Assembly (NCBI GenBank): GCA_965217775.1
Contig: CBDCJH010000002.1
Span: forward strand, 3,200,001 to 3,264,000
Reading direction: 5' to 3'
DNA from: Acidobacteriota bacterium
GTDB lineage: Bacteria; Acidobacteriota; UBA6911; RPQK01; JAJDTT01
Length of the DNA: 64,000 nt
A model generated the notes under the pieces. It ran no database searches, was not told the DNA's origin, and worked only from the letters and a program-made list of their open reading frames with translations. Shown here piece after piece: positions 1 to 10,921 of the stretch (within the stretch, counting starts at the first letter, position 1; each line of letters opens with the position of its first letter). The translations under genes were made by a program, and so were the position numbers.

Positions 1-873
1 TACCTGGGGTCTCGTTCCATCAACCGTCTGGAGACGATCTCTCTGAACGATGCGGTCCCCGGTCCGGGGGACCGGAGCCGGCGCCGCCCTTACTCCGAAC
101 TGCAAACCGTCGAGATGCCCTTCGCCGGTGCCGATGCCTGGTTCCACGGCATGCAGTTGCAGGTGGAGAAGAGGCCGGACCGCTACGGTCTCTCGGCCCT
201 GTTGGTTTTCGACTGGTCCCGGCAGATCGACAACGGGGGCGGATACCAGGGCCCGCCCTCGAGACGCCGATTCCGGTCCCGCAACATGCCGCCGGCCGTC
301 AACCGGGCCCTTTCGGAATCCCATGTGCCCAGAAGAATGATGGTGACCGCCGGTTACGATCTGCCCTTCGGCGCCGGACGCGCCTTTTTTTCCAGAGGGC
401 CGTCCGCGAAGATTCTCGGCGGCTGGTCGATCCGGGCCATCGCCAGCTTCCAGGACGGCGGTTGGTTTACGGTCTACCTGCCCGGCGACCCACTGGACAC
501 CGGCTCCTACCACTCGCAATGGCCGGACCGGATTCGGAATCCCAATCTCAGTGACTCGGAGCGAAGTCCTTCCCGGTGGTTCGACACCGGGGCGTTCATG
601 CGTCCGGGGGAGTTCCGTTACGGTAATGCGGGACGGAGTTCGGTCGAGGGACCGGGCGTCATCAATCTGGACCTCTCACTCCGGCGCACATTTCATCTCC
701 AGGACAACCAGCGGCTGGAGCTGCGCCTGGAGGCCTTCAACGCCACCAACCATCCCAATTTCCTGCTGACGGGCAGGTCCAGAACCGGCGAGTTCGGGAC
801 CTCGGAGTTCGGAGCTCTGGGGAGAGCCCAACCGGCTCGGCAGCTGCAGCTGGCGCTAAAGTTCTATTTTTGA
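1..873 (+). CDS. TonB-dependent (Oar-like) outer-membrane receptor, 3' part (truncated by window start)
   Basis: Frame is open from base 1 (YLGSRSINRLETISLNDA...). C-terminus 'RLELRLEAFNATNHPNF...RQLQLALKFYF' is typical of Oar-like receptors and aligns with the 25318..28551 paralogue. Confidence 0.85.
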   Translation, partial: YLGSRSINRLETISLNDAVPGPGDRSRRRPYSELQTVEMPFAGADAWFHGMQLQVEKRPDRYGLSALLVFDWSRQIDNGGGYQGPPSRRRFRSRNMPPAVNRALSESHVPRRMMVTAGYDLPFGAGRAFFSRGPSAKILGGWSIRAIASFQDGGWFTVYLPGDPLDTGSYHSQWPDRIRNPNLSDSERSPSRWFDTGAFMRPGEFRYGNAGRSSVEGPGVINLDLSLRRTFHLQDNQRLELRLEAFNATNHPNFLLTGRSRTGEFGTSEFGALGRAQPARQLQLALKFYF

Positions 874-1091
874 GTTCAGAAAAAAGAGAAATCCGGGGCG
901 GGTGAGGATTCCGAATGTAACGTGGTCGGGTGCGCTGGAATTCGAGTGATTTGTCCGGGGATTCCGGAGAGATGGTAAAGGTGGCTGAAAACGCCCGGAA
1001 TCGGACGAGGCACGACTGCCACCAACTCGGCTTGGCCCCCTTGTCACAGGCTCAGCCAAGTTGCTCGTCGCGCGCTATGAAGAGGCGAGAG

Positions 1092-1122
1092 GGAGAGGAG
1101 CGGCTGGAAACCGCTCCTCTCC
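1092..1122 (-). terminator. Intrinsic-terminator-like hairpin
   Basis: GGAGAGGAGCGG-7 nt-CCGCTCCTCTCC, a 12-bp perfect stem just after the stop of the 1130..1459 gene, between convergent genes. Confidence 0.6.
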
Positions 1123-1129
1123 GCGTGAT

Positions 1130-1459
1130 TTAGCCCTTGAGCCTGTTGACAATTCTCACCACGAGAACGGTGGCGGCGCCGGCATACAGCGCTACGACAA
1201 TCTGTCCGAGAATGGCGTTCAGATGTGAGCCAATCCCAGCGATAACGTCCAACCCGCCCAACGCGCCCGAGCTCACGGCAGCACCAGAGGCGATGACAAC
1301 GGCTAGCTCGGCAGTCGCATCTTCAGCATCGACCTCGGTTATGGCGTAGACGATACCCAGGACGACCAGGGCCAAGGCGAGTATGCCTCCCGTTTCCGGT
1401 TTGGCCACACCCTCGATGATTGCCACCAAGACGGTCAACGCAACGATAATTCTACCCAT
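1130..1459 (-). CDS. Small hydrophobic membrane protein (about 4 TM), unknown function
   Basis: MGRIIVALTVLVAII...; ATG at 1459 preceded by a GGAGG RBS; several hydrophobic stretches. Confidence 0.75.
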   Translation of the reverse strand: MGRIIVALTVLVAIIEGVAKPETGGILALALVVLGIVYAITEVDAEDATAELAVVIASGAAVSSGALGGLDVIAGIGSHLNAILGQIVVALYAGAATVLVVRIVNRLKG

Positions 1460-1797
1460 GGATGTTCCTCCCCCCAAAAGAAAGTTGTAGTGACACGCTA
1501 CATCGGCTTCGTTTTCGCTGTGGATAAGGAAGACAATGGCGCAAGGTTGCGAGGTTTATACCACGGCGGAAATGTAAAGAACAGCACCGATGCAAAAAAA
1601 TTTGCATAAAGAAACTATTTCACGAAAGCGGCCGCTACTGTGCCCAAGAGTGTGCGGATTTCCAGCCTGAATCGCTGTTCGTCCGGGTTCCAGCAAGAGC
1701 TTCGAATGAGCAGAGCGTCCTCACGGCCCTTGCCGCTCTCGCACATCGTTTCCGACGCCGACGGCGGCACCGATGTCAATGTGGGTCAGTCCGTCTC

Positions 1798-3660
1798 TTA
1801 CCCGAGCTGGGAAATGTCGCGGACGGCGCCCTGGGCGGCGCTGGTGGTCAGGGCGGCATAGGCGGCCAGGGCCTGGGATATGGGACGATGGCGGTCGCGG
1901 GGACGGTAAGCCTCCCGACCCCGGGCTTCCATCTGGCGGCGCCGGCGCGCCAACTCCCCTTCCGAGACGGCCAATTCCAGCGTGCGGTTGGGAATGTCGA
2001 TCCGGATGAGGTCTCCCTCTTCGACCAGGGCGATAGCTCCACCCTCGGCCGCCTCGGGGGAGACGTGCCCGATGGACAATCCGCTGGTCCCGCCGCTGAA
2101 GCGTCCATCCGTCAGCAACGCGCACTTGGCGCCCAATTGCCGGGCCTTGATGTAGGAGGTCGGATAGAGCATCTCCTGCATTCCCGGACCGCCCTTGGGC
2201 CCTTCGTACCGGATCACGACCACGTCGCCGGCCTGGACCCCTCCGCCCAGGATCCCGTCGCAGGCTTCCTCCTGCGACTCGAAGACCCGGGCCGGTCCTT
2301 GGAAGATCCAGATCGACTCGTCCACTCCGGCCGTCTTCACGATGCACCCGTCTTCGGCCAGATTGCCGTACAGGACCGCCAGCCCTCCGTCCTGGGTATA
2401 GGCGTGCTCGGCCGACCGGATACAGCCTTCCCTCGAGTCGAGGTCGGACACTTGATAGTAGTTCTCCTGAGAAAATGCCTCCCGGGTGCGAACCCCTCCG
2501 GGAGCCGCCAGCGCCCGGCGGCGGGCGAAATCAGATAGCGACCCGTTGCCGTCGCGCAGGTCATTCTTGCGAATCATGTCTCCCATGCCGTCCCCGGAGA
2601 CGGTTCCCACCCCGGAGTGGATCTTGCCGGCGCGCTGGAGCTCTCCCAGGATGGCGGGGATCCCGCCGGCCCGGGCCACGTCCTCCAGGTGAAATTTTCC
2701 CGTGGCCGGCGCCACCTTGCAGATGCAGGGCACCTGCCGCGACAGGCGGTCGATGTCGGCCATGGTGAAATCCACGCCCGCCTCCCGCGCCATGGCCAGG
2801 ATGTGCAGCACCGTGTTGGTGGAACCACCCATGGCGATGTCCAGACTCATGGCGTTCTCGAAGGCTTCGAAGGTGGCGATGCTCCGGGGCAACACCGACT
2901 CGTCCCCCTCCAGGTAATAGGCGCGGGCCATCCGGACGATGCGCTTGGCGGCCCGCTCGAAGAGCTGCCAGCGCAGTGCGTGGGTCGCGAGGATGGTCCC
3001 GTTGCCCGGCAGGGCCAATCCGATCGCTTCGTTGAGACAGTTCATGCTGTTGGCCGTGAACATGCCCGAGCAGGACCCGCAGGTGGGACAGGCCTCCTCC
3101 TCCATCTTCAGGACCTGGGCGTCGCTGATCCGGCTGTCCCCGGCCGCCACCATGGAATCCACCAGATCCAGCTTGGCCGGCCCGGAAGCCAGCAGGGCCC
3201 GGCCGGCCTCCATGGGGCCTCCCGAGACGAAAATCGTGGGCAGGTTCAGCCGCAGGGCGCCCAGGAGCATCCCCGGAGTGATCTTGTCGCAGTTGGAAAT
3301 GCAGACCAGGGCGTCCGCCTTGTGGCCATTCACCATGTACTCCACGCTGTCGGCGATCAACTCGCGGCTGGGGAGGGAATAGAGCATCCCGTCATGTCCC
3401 ATGGCGATGCCGTCGTCCAGGGCGATGGTGTTGAACTCCACTCCGTAGCCGCCGTTGGCGTCAATGACCTGTTTCACCCTCTGGCCGATGGGATGCAGGT
3501 GAACGTGGCCGGGAACGAACTGGGCGAACGAGTTGGCGATGGCGATGATGGGTTTCCGGAAGTCCTCCGTCTTCATGCCGGTGGCCCTCCAGAGAGCCCG
3601 GGCCCCGGCCATGCGCCTCCCCTGGGTGGTGATACTGCTACGGAATCCCCTCTGCTGCAT
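1798..3660 (-). CDS. ilvD: Dihydroxy-acid dehydratase
   Basis: Motifs [70 protein letters not shown]. Confidence 0.97.
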   Translation of the reverse strand: MQQRGFRSSITTQGRRMAGARALWRATGMKTEDFRKPIIAIANSFAQFVPGHVHLHPIGQRVKQVIDANGGYGVEFNTIALDDGIAMGHDGMLYSLPSRELIADSVEYMVNGHKADALVCISNCDKITPGMLLGALRLNLPTIFVSGGPMEAGRALLASGPAKLDLVDSMVAAGDSRISDAQVLKMEEEACPTCGSCSGMFTANSMNCLNEAIGLALPGNGTILATHALRWQLFERAAKRIVRMARAYYLEGDESVLPRSIATFEAFENAMSLDIAMGGSTNTVLHILAMAREAGVDFTMADIDRLSRQVPCICKVAPATGKFHLEDVARAGGIPAILGELQRAGKIHSGVGTVSGDGMGDMIRKNDLRDGNGSLSDFARRRALAAPGGVRTREAFSQENYYQVSDLDSREGCIRSAEHAYTQDGGLAVLYGNLAEDGCIVKTAGVDESIWIFQGPARVFESQEEACDGILGGGVQAGDVVVIRYEGPKGGPGMQEMLYPTSYIKARQLGAKCALLTDGRFSGGTSGLSIGHVSPEAAEGGAIALVEEGDLIRIDIPNRTLELAVSEGELARRRRQMEARGREAYRPRDRHRPISQALAAYAALTTSAAQGAVRDISQLG

Positions 3661-3731
3661 GACGCCCTCCTCCGACTACGATACTGACGGAACAAGACAG
3701 GCTGCAAGACGATAGGCGAGGAGCGACGACT

Positions 3732-5375
3732 TTATTGTCGACCTGGAGCGGGGACTTTTAGTCCCCGATTGGGGGGGCAGGGGGTGAACTGGAATGAATA
3801 CAGGCGAGCGTCGCGCATGACGAAGCGGAGGCGGACCGGTTGGCCCGCCAGCGAGCTCACGTCCGACCGGCCTCTCCAACTGGCGGCGACCCTCAGGTAG
3901 TTGCCATTGATCTCGTCGGCATCGGCCGCCTTGAATCCCGCCAACGGCCGGCCCGACTCGTCCTGGATCTCCACCTGTACGATGCCGCCGGCGCTGGTGT
4001 CCGTATTCAGTTGGAGCTTATTCCCATCGAAGACCAACGGCTTCGTGGTCAATTCTCCTCCCGTATAGGCGGCTTCGGCCACGATGAAGCCGTCGGTCCG
4101 GGTGACGGCCACGCCCCGCACCGGCTGCCCCGTCCGGGTCGGATCGTTGTGAACCTTCCGCCAACCGTCGAAGAAGACCTCCAGGCGCGGATCCGACGCC
4201 GAGGGGAGCGGGCGCTTGACGAAGAGCATTCCGGCCCAGAAACTCCCCTCCGGACCCAGCCGAATGAAGGGGGTCCGCCCTGGGGACCGGCTCCAGTGGA
4301 TACCGTCACGGCTGGTGGCCAACTGGATGTCGGCCCGGCCCGGGAACTGGCTCAGAGATCCGTCCTTCTTGACCCGGGCTTCCCAGTGACTGTAGATGGA
4401 GACGAAGGCGATGTAGACCCGGCTCGTGTACTGGATCACGGGCAGGCTGTAGAAGTCCACGCGGTTGGGCGCGATGGAATTGGCCTCGTCCACATCGTCG
4501 GGAGCCAGGACGATCTCCTCGGGGCTCCATTGGATGAAATCGTCCGACACCGACCGCCCCATGCGGAGAAGCCGGGCCCGCCAGTTCATTTTTCGCTTGC
4601 CGTAGACCCGGTGGTAGTAGGCCACCTGCCGCGGATCGTCGAAGGTCTTGACCCGGCTGTAGGCGACGTACTTGCCGATGCGACCGTCCCAGAAAGGCTC
4701 GAAGCCCCCATCCCCCGAGGTCCCCAGCTTGCCCGTGATCCGTTTCCAGTGAATGCCGTCGTCGGAGACAAAACCGTACTTCCCCTTTCCATCGGGAAGC
4801 GGTTCCATTGCATTGTCGGGATCGGTCTCCCGGGGCGGCGTGAGTTTGTAGCTGGCCTTGAGCCGATCCCCGGGACCGGAGGCGTTGGGGTCCACGAACA
4901 CGGTGTTGACGCCGACGGAGGCCACGGCATAGGGGAAATCGTCGTTGGGGAAAAGGATGTTGTTGTCGCGGGAGCCTTCCCACTCCACCAGATCCAGAGA
5001 CGGGTTCCTCCAGTTGACGCCGTCGTCCGACTCCGCGTAGCGCAGGAGATTGCAGTGGAGTTTCTGGTTCCAATAGTCGCATTCGACGCCCGGTGCGCCG
5101 TAATAGAGACGGTATATGGATCCGTCGCGAACCACGAACCCCGGCGCCGGAAGTGACACCTTCTTACCGGTGGCGATCGCCTCGCCCGTCCGCATGATGA
5201 CGTTGCGCATGGAGGCGACGAGATATCCGTCTCGCCCATCTTCGGTCCAGGGTCCGACAAAAAGTTGTTTCTCGCTGCCGACTTCGACCGGCTCGTTCGA
5301 GGCCGACGCGGCGAGGGTGTGCAGCAGCACAAACGCCACGCCCGTTAGACCGCAGGCCGCATGACGAAATTTCAT
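3732..5375 (-). CDS. Secreted glycoside-hydrolase-like beta-propeller protein
   Basis: Signal peptide after MKFRH (start re-assigned to 5375); Asp-box-like repeats (ESDDGVNW, SDDGIHW, SRDGIHW); C-terminal 'DGF...LTTKPL...W...L.G.PVRLRF' domain. Confidence 0.75.
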   Translation of the reverse strand: MKFRHAACGLTGVAFVLLHTLAASASNEPVEVGSEKQLFVGPWTEDGRDGYLVASMRNVIMRTGEAIATGKKVSLPAPGFVVRDGSIYRLYYGAPGVECDYWNQKLHCNLLRYAESDDGVNWRNPSLDLVEWEGSRDNNILFPNDDFPYAVASVGVNTVFVDPNASGPGDRLKASYKLTPPRETDPDNAMEPLPDGKGKYGFVSDDGIHWKRITGKLGTSGDGGFEPFWDGRIGKYVAYSRVKTFDDPRQVAYYHRVYGKRKMNWRARLLRMGRSVSDDFIQWSPEEIVLAPDDVDEANSIAPNRVDFYSLPVIQYTSRVYIAFVSIYSHWEARVKKDGSLSQFPGRADIQLATSRDGIHWSRSPGRTPFIRLGPEGSFWAGMLFVKRPLPSASDPRLEVFFDGWRKVHNDPTRTGQPVRGVAVTRTDGFIVAEAAYTGGELTTKPLVFDGNKLQLNTDTSAGGIVQVEIQDESGRPLAGFKAADADEINGNYLRVAASWRGRSDVSSLAGQPVRLRFVMRDARLYSFQFTPCPPNRGLKVPAPGRQ

Positions 5376-5403
5376 CCTGGATGAATTCCTTCCGCGCTTC
5401 GAA

Positions 5404-6948
5404 TTACCTGAAGCGAATCGAATAGAGATCAGCATCGTTCATCTCGAATACCAGGCGGACCTTCTTGCCGGCCCAGGCGCCCAGGTCGCCGTTTCCGTTC
5501 CAACGGACCACCCGCTCGATCTTGTCACCGTAGATTTCGGGGCATTCCTTCAGGCTCAGGCCCTGAACGGGTCGACCCAACTCATCCTGCAGACCGACCT
5601 TCACGTAGCCGACCGCCGACGTCGAGTAGTTGAGGACCAGCTCCTTGCCGTCGAAAGTGAGAGGATGAGTCAGGAGGCTGCCGCCCCCGAAGTCGGCGTG
5701 GACCGACGCGAAGCCGTCCGCTCTCAGGGTGTGGCGGCGGAGCCGGCAAGTGGGCAACTCATAGTGTTCCCCCAGATAGAGGGACACCTCTGCAGGGCCG
5801 GTCTGAAGAATTCCCCAGGCCGTCATGTTGTTTCGATGGCCCCAGTTGCCCTGGTCCAGGCCAGCCCGGACGAACCCCTCCCGAAACGTACGCTGGAAAC
5901 GAACCCCGTCACGGCTGCTGATGAGGACCGCATCCGAGACCCCGCCGAAGAGGGCGATTCGGTACCACTCCTCCAGCGGCTGACCCGCCGCCTGGGCCCG
6001 CTTCCGGTTCCGTTCGAGCCTTTCCTCGTTTCCAGGCTCGTTCAGTTTCTCCCAATAGTTCTGAAACAACGCCTCATCCGTTTCCCGGACGATTCGGGTC
6101 GGCACGAAGCGCTTGGGAAAACCCAGGTAGATGTGTGGCGCCCGGGGATAAGGGGTGATGGCGTTGGTGTAGAAATGCTCCAGGGGCGCGTCCTCATAGT
6201 CCAGGTACCTGCCCTCGGTCCAGTTGAGGAAATCGCTGGAGGTCGCCGTCTTGATGGCCCGCACACCCGAATACCTCCACGCGTCTCCAACGGGACGGAT
6301 GAAATCCCGGTAGAAGGCCACATACTTTTTTCGCCCCGGATCCCAGAACGCCAGGTTCTGCGAGTCGAAGGCGCCGTCACTGATGACCGGCTCCTCCCGG
6401 ATCCGGCTCCAGTTCAAACCGTCGCCGGAGACGAAGGCCAGCAGTGGCCCCCCGCCCAGCGCCTTGTAGCGCTGTTCGGCCGGAACCTCGGGGTTGGAGT
6501 CCTTGAAGGGAGCGAAGTTGTGCGATCCCTTGCCCGTCCAGATGATGTTGTTGTCCGTGGAGCCGTTGTGGGAGTGCAGGCCGAGAGAGGGGCGTGTCCA
6601 GTGGATGCCGTCGCGGCTCTCAGCGTAGCAATAAACCTGTTTGGCGTCTTCGGCCGTCCCCACTCCCCGGTAGTACATGCGGAACCGGTCGCCGTCCCGG
6701 AACACGGTCACGTAGGCCGAATACTCCCCTTCCCAGGGCTGGTCGAATTCGATGGCCACCTCGGCCGGGCGCGGCCGGTGCAGGGCCAGGCGAAGATTGT
6801 CCATACGCGCAATCAGCCAGTCGTCGACGAAGAGCTCCAGACGCGACCCGACGTTCCGAATGGCGTCGTGAGACCCGGCAGACAAGGAAGGCGAGAGCGG
6901 CCCCGCCAGCCAGATCGTCCCAAGTGTCCACAAAATCAACTTTCTCAC
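5404..6948 (-). CDS. Secreted glycoside-hydrolase-like beta-propeller protein (paralogue of neighbour)
   Basis: GTG at 6948 with AGGAGG RBS; signal peptide; 'ELFVDDWLI', ESRDGIHW, FDSQN; same C-terminal domain. Confidence 0.75.
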   Translation of the reverse strand: MRKLILWTLGTIWLAGPLSPSLSAGSHDAIRNVGSRLELFVDDWLIARMDNLRLALHRPRPAEVAIEFDQPWEGEYSAYVTVFRDGDRFRMYYRGVGTAEDAKQVYCYAESRDGIHWTRPSLGLHSHNGSTDNNIIWTGKGSHNFAPFKDSNPEVPAEQRYKALGGGPLLAFVSGDGLNWSRIREEPVISDGAFDSQNLAFWDPGRKKYVAFYRDFIRPVGDAWRYSGVRAIKTATSSDFLNWTEGRYLDYEDAPLEHFYTNAITPYPRAPHIYLGFPKRFVPTRIVRETDEALFQNYWEKLNEPGNEERLERNRKRAQAAGQPLEEWYRIALFGGVSDAVLISSRDGVRFQRTFREGFVRAGLDQGNWGHRNNMTAWGILQTGPAEVSLYLGEHYELPTCRLRRHTLRADGFASVHADFGGGSLLTHPLTFDGKELVLNYSTSAVGYVKVGLQDELGRPVQGLSLKECPEIYGDKIERVVRWNGNGDLGAWAGKKVRLVFEMNDADLYSIRFR

Positions 6949-7075
6949 GATCCCTCCTATTTGGTTCGCGCCGATTAAATCATCCGAGGGGCCAAAATAA
7001 CACGCGGGCGCCGATTCCCCCGGCTCCGGCGCCGGTGGTATAAACGGGACGAAATCATTAAGGAGAAGCAAGCCC

Positions 7076-8212
7076 ATGGATGCCCTCGACTATTTGCATG
7101 ACCTGGTTCCCATGAACACCACCAGCAGCCGTTCCAACCTGCCGGCGGCCGACTACGTGGAAAAGGCACTAAAGCGCCTGGATTTCGCAACCGAGCGGAT
7201 CGAATACGACGATGCCAACGGGGTCCGCAAAGCCAGCATCGTGGGCAAGCGGGGAGAAGGCCAGGGCGGCATGGCCTACTTCGGGCACACCGACACGGTT
7301 CCCGCCGACACCTGGTTCACCGACGAGCACGGACCCTTCGAGCCGACCGTCAAGGGGGACCGGCTCTATGGGCGCGGCTCCTGCGACATGAAGGGGTCCA
7401 TCTCCTGCATGCTCGCGGCCGCGGGCCGGCTCTCGGGCGCCCGCTTGCGTGAGCCGCTCTACATCACCCTGACATCCGACGAGGAGATCGGCTACGGCGG
7501 GGCGGCCGCCGTGGCCAGCGAGTCCCGATTCTTCCGCGAAATGGTCACCGGGGGGACCCGTGGCGTCATCGGCGAGCCGACCATGCTGGAAGTGGTCTAT
7601 GCCCACAAGGGCACCTACGGGTTCATCGCCACCTCCCATGGAAAGGCGGCCCACTCCAGCAGCCGCGAGGGGCTCAACGCCAACCTGGCCATGATTCCCT
7701 TCCTCTCCGAGATGAAGCGCATCCACGACGAGACGGAGGTGGATCCCGAGTGGCAGAACCACGAGTTCGACCCGCCGGGGATCAGCTGGAATATCGGAAT
7801 CAACGACCACACCCGGGTGGTGAACATGAAGGCGGCCCAGAGCATCTGCACCGTCTATTTCCGTCCCATGGCCGGCATGGACGCCGACGGCCTGATGCAG
7901 CGGGCTCACGACAAAGCCCTGGAGTGCGGGATCGAGTTCAACCCGCTCTGGACGGGCAAACCGATCTACATGGATCCCGGCTCGGACTACGTTCGGGAGG
8001 CGCTGGAGTTGGCTGGACGGCGGCACTCCCGGACCGTTGCCTTCGGCACCGACGGCGCCATGCTGACGGAGCTGGAGCGATTGGTGGTGATGGGCCCGGG
8101 GGACATCGCCCAGGCTCATACCCACGACGAGTGGATCCTGTTGGACCAGATCGAAAAGGGGACCCGGCTCTTCACACAGATGATCCGCCAATGGTGCAGT
8201 GTCCCCGATTGA
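7076..8212 (+). CDS. argE: M20 family acetylornithine deacetylase-like amidohydrolase
   Basis: GHTDTVP, GRGSCDMKG, DEEIG, GEPT, HKG, GPGDIAQAH motifs. Confidence 0.85.
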   Translation: MDALDYLHDLVPMNTTSSRSNLPAADYVEKALKRLDFATERIEYDDANGVRKASIVGKRGEGQGGMAYFGHTDTVPADTWFTDEHGPFEPTVKGDRLYGRGSCDMKGSISCMLAAAGRLSGARLREPLYITLTSDEEIGYGGAAAVASESRFFREMVTGGTRGVIGEPTMLEVVYAHKGTYGFIATSHGKAAHSSSREGLNANLAMIPFLSEMKRIHDETEVDPEWQNHEFDPPGISWNIGINDHTRVVNMKAAQSICTVYFRPMAGMDADGLMQRAHDKALECGIEFNPLWTGKPIYMDPGSDYVREALELAGRRHSRTVAFGTDGAMLTELERLVVMGPGDIAQAHTHDEWILLDQIEKGTRLFTQMIRQWCSVPD

Positions 8213-8238
8213 GACGAACACTACCTGGAGAACCTTTC

Positions 8239-9579
8239 ATGACGAGCACTAAGACTGAACTTCTGACGCGGGACCGAGCCCATCTGATCCATCCCCTGCA
8301 CGACCGCAACCTCCAGGAGCAGGGGCATGTCTGGATCAAGGGGGATGGGGCGGTTCTCACCGACGCCGACGGCCGGGAATACATCGACGGCCTGGCCGGG
8401 TTGTGGAACGTGGTCGCGGGTCACGGGCGGAGGGAATTGGCTCATGCCGCCTCGGGACAGATGGAGCAACTGGGTTACTGCTCAGGCTACGCCGGCAGCT
8501 CCAACCCGCCGGCCATCCGGCTGGCCCAGCGGATCTCGGATCTCACCTACCCGAGCATTTCCCGATTCTTCTTCACCTCCGGCGGCGGCGAGTCCACCGA
8601 GAGCTGCGTCAAGACGGCCCGTTACTACTGGAAGCTCCTGGGATATCCGCACAAGACCAAGGTGATCTCCCGGCAGTGGGGGTACCACGGGGTCACGCTG
8701 GCCGCCATGAGCGCCACCGGGATCACCGCCTATTGGCCCATGTTCGAGCCCCGCGTGCCCGGCTTCCTCCATATCCCGTCCCCCTATCCCTACCGCTATG
8801 AGGCCCCGTCCGGCGCCGACCCCGCCGTGGCCGCGGCCGATGAGCTGGAGCAGGCCATCCTCCGGGAGGGTCCGGACACGGTGGCCATGTTCCTGGCCGA
8901 ACCGGTCCAGGGCGCCGGCGGCGTCATCGTGCCGCCCGACGGCTATTTTCAGCGCATCCGGGAAATCTGCGACCAGTACGAAGTGCTTCTGGTCTCCGAC
9001 GAGGTGATCACCGGCTTCGGGCGGACCGGGCGCATGTTCGGCCTGGAGCACTGGGGCATCGAGCCGGACATGATCCAGTTCGCCAAGGCCGTGACCTCCG
9101 GTTACTTTCCTCTGGGAGGGATCGGCGTCAACGAGCGTATCGCCCAGGTCATGGACGAGGGCAAGGCGACCTGGATGCACGCCTACACCTACAGCGCCCA
9201 TCCCGTCGGCTGCGCCGTCGCTCTGGCCAACCTGGACATCATCGAGGGAGAGGACTTCCCGTCCCAGGCCGCCGAGAAGGGGCGCTACCTGCTGGACGGA
9301 CTCCAGTCGGCTCTGGGAGACCATCCCCACGTAGGAGAGGTCCGCGGGCTGGGTCTCATGATCGGAATCGAACTGGTCCAGGACAAGGAAACCAAAGCCG
9401 AGTTCCCCGCCGCCGAGAAGGTTGGGATAAGGATTCACCAGGCGGCCCAGGAGCGGGGGCTCTTCAGCCGCCTGAGGCAGGACGTCTTCTGCCTGGCGCC
9501 GCCCGTCATCATCAGCCGGTCTCAGATCGATCGTGTGGTCGAGATCATGACCGAGTCCGTGGGCGAGGTCCTGGGTTAG
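8239..9579 (+). CDS. Class III PLP-dependent aminotransferase
   Basis: DGLAGLWNV, GYHG, AEPVQGAGG, DEVITGFGRTG, FAKAVTSGY (PLP Lys). ATG at 8239 follows GGAG. Confidence 0.92.
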   Translation: MTSTKTELLTRDRAHLIHPLHDRNLQEQGHVWIKGDGAVLTDADGREYIDGLAGLWNVVAGHGRRELAHAASGQMEQLGYCSGYAGSSNPPAIRLAQRISDLTYPSISRFFFTSGGGESTESCVKTARYYWKLLGYPHKTKVISRQWGYHGVTLAAMSATGITAYWPMFEPRVPGFLHIPSPYPYRYEAPSGADPAVAAADELEQAILREGPDTVAMFLAEPVQGAGGVIVPPDGYFQRIREICDQYEVLLVSDEVITGFGRTGRMFGLEHWGIEPDMIQFAKAVTSGYFPLGGIGVNERIAQVMDEGKATWMHAYTYSAHPVGCAVALANLDIIEGEDFPSQAAEKGRYLLDGLQSALGDHPHVGEVRGLGLMIGIELVQDKETKAEFPAAEKVGIRIHQAAQERGLFSRLRQDVFCLAPPVIISRSQIDRVVEIMTESVGEVLG

Positions 9580-9611
9580 CCGACCTCCGACCTCATCTCC
9601 AGGAGGAAACC

Positions 9612-10895
9612 ATGAGAAGTGTCCTCGTGTGCCTTTTGCTGCTCTTTCCCCTGACCTGCCGGGCCGAGAACCGCCTCTTTGTGCTTCAGGGGGAAGAAGC
9701 CATCCTGGAGGTCGAAATCGACGACGAAGGAAACGCCCAGCGGGTCCGGACATATCGGGACCGTGACCTGCCCGGCGCCTTCCCGGCGCAGTCGCTGGAA
9801 ATGCGGGACGGAAACATCCTGGTCACTTACGACGGCCAAAAGCGGCAGACGGCTCGGCTTCTGTATCGCCGTTCACACAGTCTGACGAAATACGACGGCG
9901 GGCCGGGACAGGCCACCGATCCCGAGGGCCGGCGGCTGGAGAAGGCCGATACGGAGCAGAACTTCCGCCGCGGAAGTCGACTGTACGCCGAGACCGGCGG
10001 CAGTCATTACAGGGACCGTCAGCTTCTCGCCCAGGTGCAAGGGGTTGCCGGGAACCGCTACCGAGACGTCTTCGTCCTGGACGCCGCCGCTTTCGGAGTG
10101 GCTGCGGACCGGATCGACCTGCTCTCCGGGGTCGACGCGGGCACCCTCGAGGCAACGGAAGCGCTGGCCCTGCCGGGCAGCCGTTTGACGGCAGCCACCG
10201 TGAGCCCGTGGGGAGAGGTCTTCGTCTCCGACGACTCCCAACCCACGATTCATCGGCTTCAACTCGAGGACGGCACTCTGGTTGCCAATGGGACATTGAC
10301 CCACCCCGGCCTCCGGGTTCCCCGCGGACTGGAGTTCACCCGGGACGGGGAGCTGCTGGTGGCCAACGCGGGACCCGGACCCGACGGGGTGCTCCGCTTC
10401 GAATTCGTGATGGTCGACTTCGACTGGAGGGCAAAGCCCAAGGGGGGAATCGACCTGGACGGGAAGGGCGCGTCCGATCTGGTTTTGGCCCGGACCGTGG
10501 GCTACGTCCTCTCGGAGAAGCAGACTCCCCTGATCAAGTTGAGCCCGGAGCGGGCGGGAGGCCACTTCGGGATCTCCCAGGTGGGCTTCGTGCTTCCAGC
10601 CAAGAACTCGGAAGCCGCCATCATCGCCCTGGTCCAGTACGAGCCCGGCGGCTACACGCCGGTGCACTACCATCCCGACATGGAGCAGGCGGAGATCGTG
10701 GTCTCGGGCAGAGCCCTCTGGGAGGTGGGCGAGTTCGAGCGGGAGGTCGGCCCCGGAGACGTGATCTTCTGTCCCCGCTACGCCAAGCACGGCTACAAGG
10801 TCCTGGGAGACGAACCCTTCAAGTTCTTCCAGTTGGAGTGGCGGAACCTGGGCAACCGGTACCAGCCCGCGGACAAGACCATTCAGAATCGGTGA
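9612..10895 (+). CDS. Secreted protein: NHL/beta-propeller-like region plus C-terminal cupin domain
   Basis: AGGAGG RBS and signal peptide; 'PRGLEFTRDGELLVAN' propeller blade; cupin 'PVHYHPDMEQ...GPGDVIFCP...H'. Confidence 0.75.
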   Translation: MRSVLVCLLLLFPLTCRAENRLFVLQGEEAILEVEIDDEGNAQRVRTYRDRDLPGAFPAQSLEMRDGNILVTYDGQKRQTARLLYRRSHSLTKYDGGPGQATDPEGRRLEKADTEQNFRRGSRLYAETGGSHYRDRQLLAQVQGVAGNRYRDVFVLDAAAFGVAADRIDLLSGVDAGTLEATEALALPGSRLTAATVSPWGEVFVSDDSQPTIHRLQLEDGTLVANGTLTHPGLRVPRGLEFTRDGELLVANAGPGPDGVLRFEFVMVDFDWRAKPKGGIDLDGKGASDLVLARTVGYVLSEKQTPLIKLSPERAGGHFGISQVGFVLPAKNSEAAIIALVQYEPGGYTPVHYHPDMEQAEIVVSGRALWEVGEFEREVGPGDVIFCPRYAKHGYKVLGDEPFKFFQLEWRNLGNRYQPADKTIQNR

Positions 10896-10921
10896 CGGTC
10901 GCCGGAATCGTCCGTACCCGG

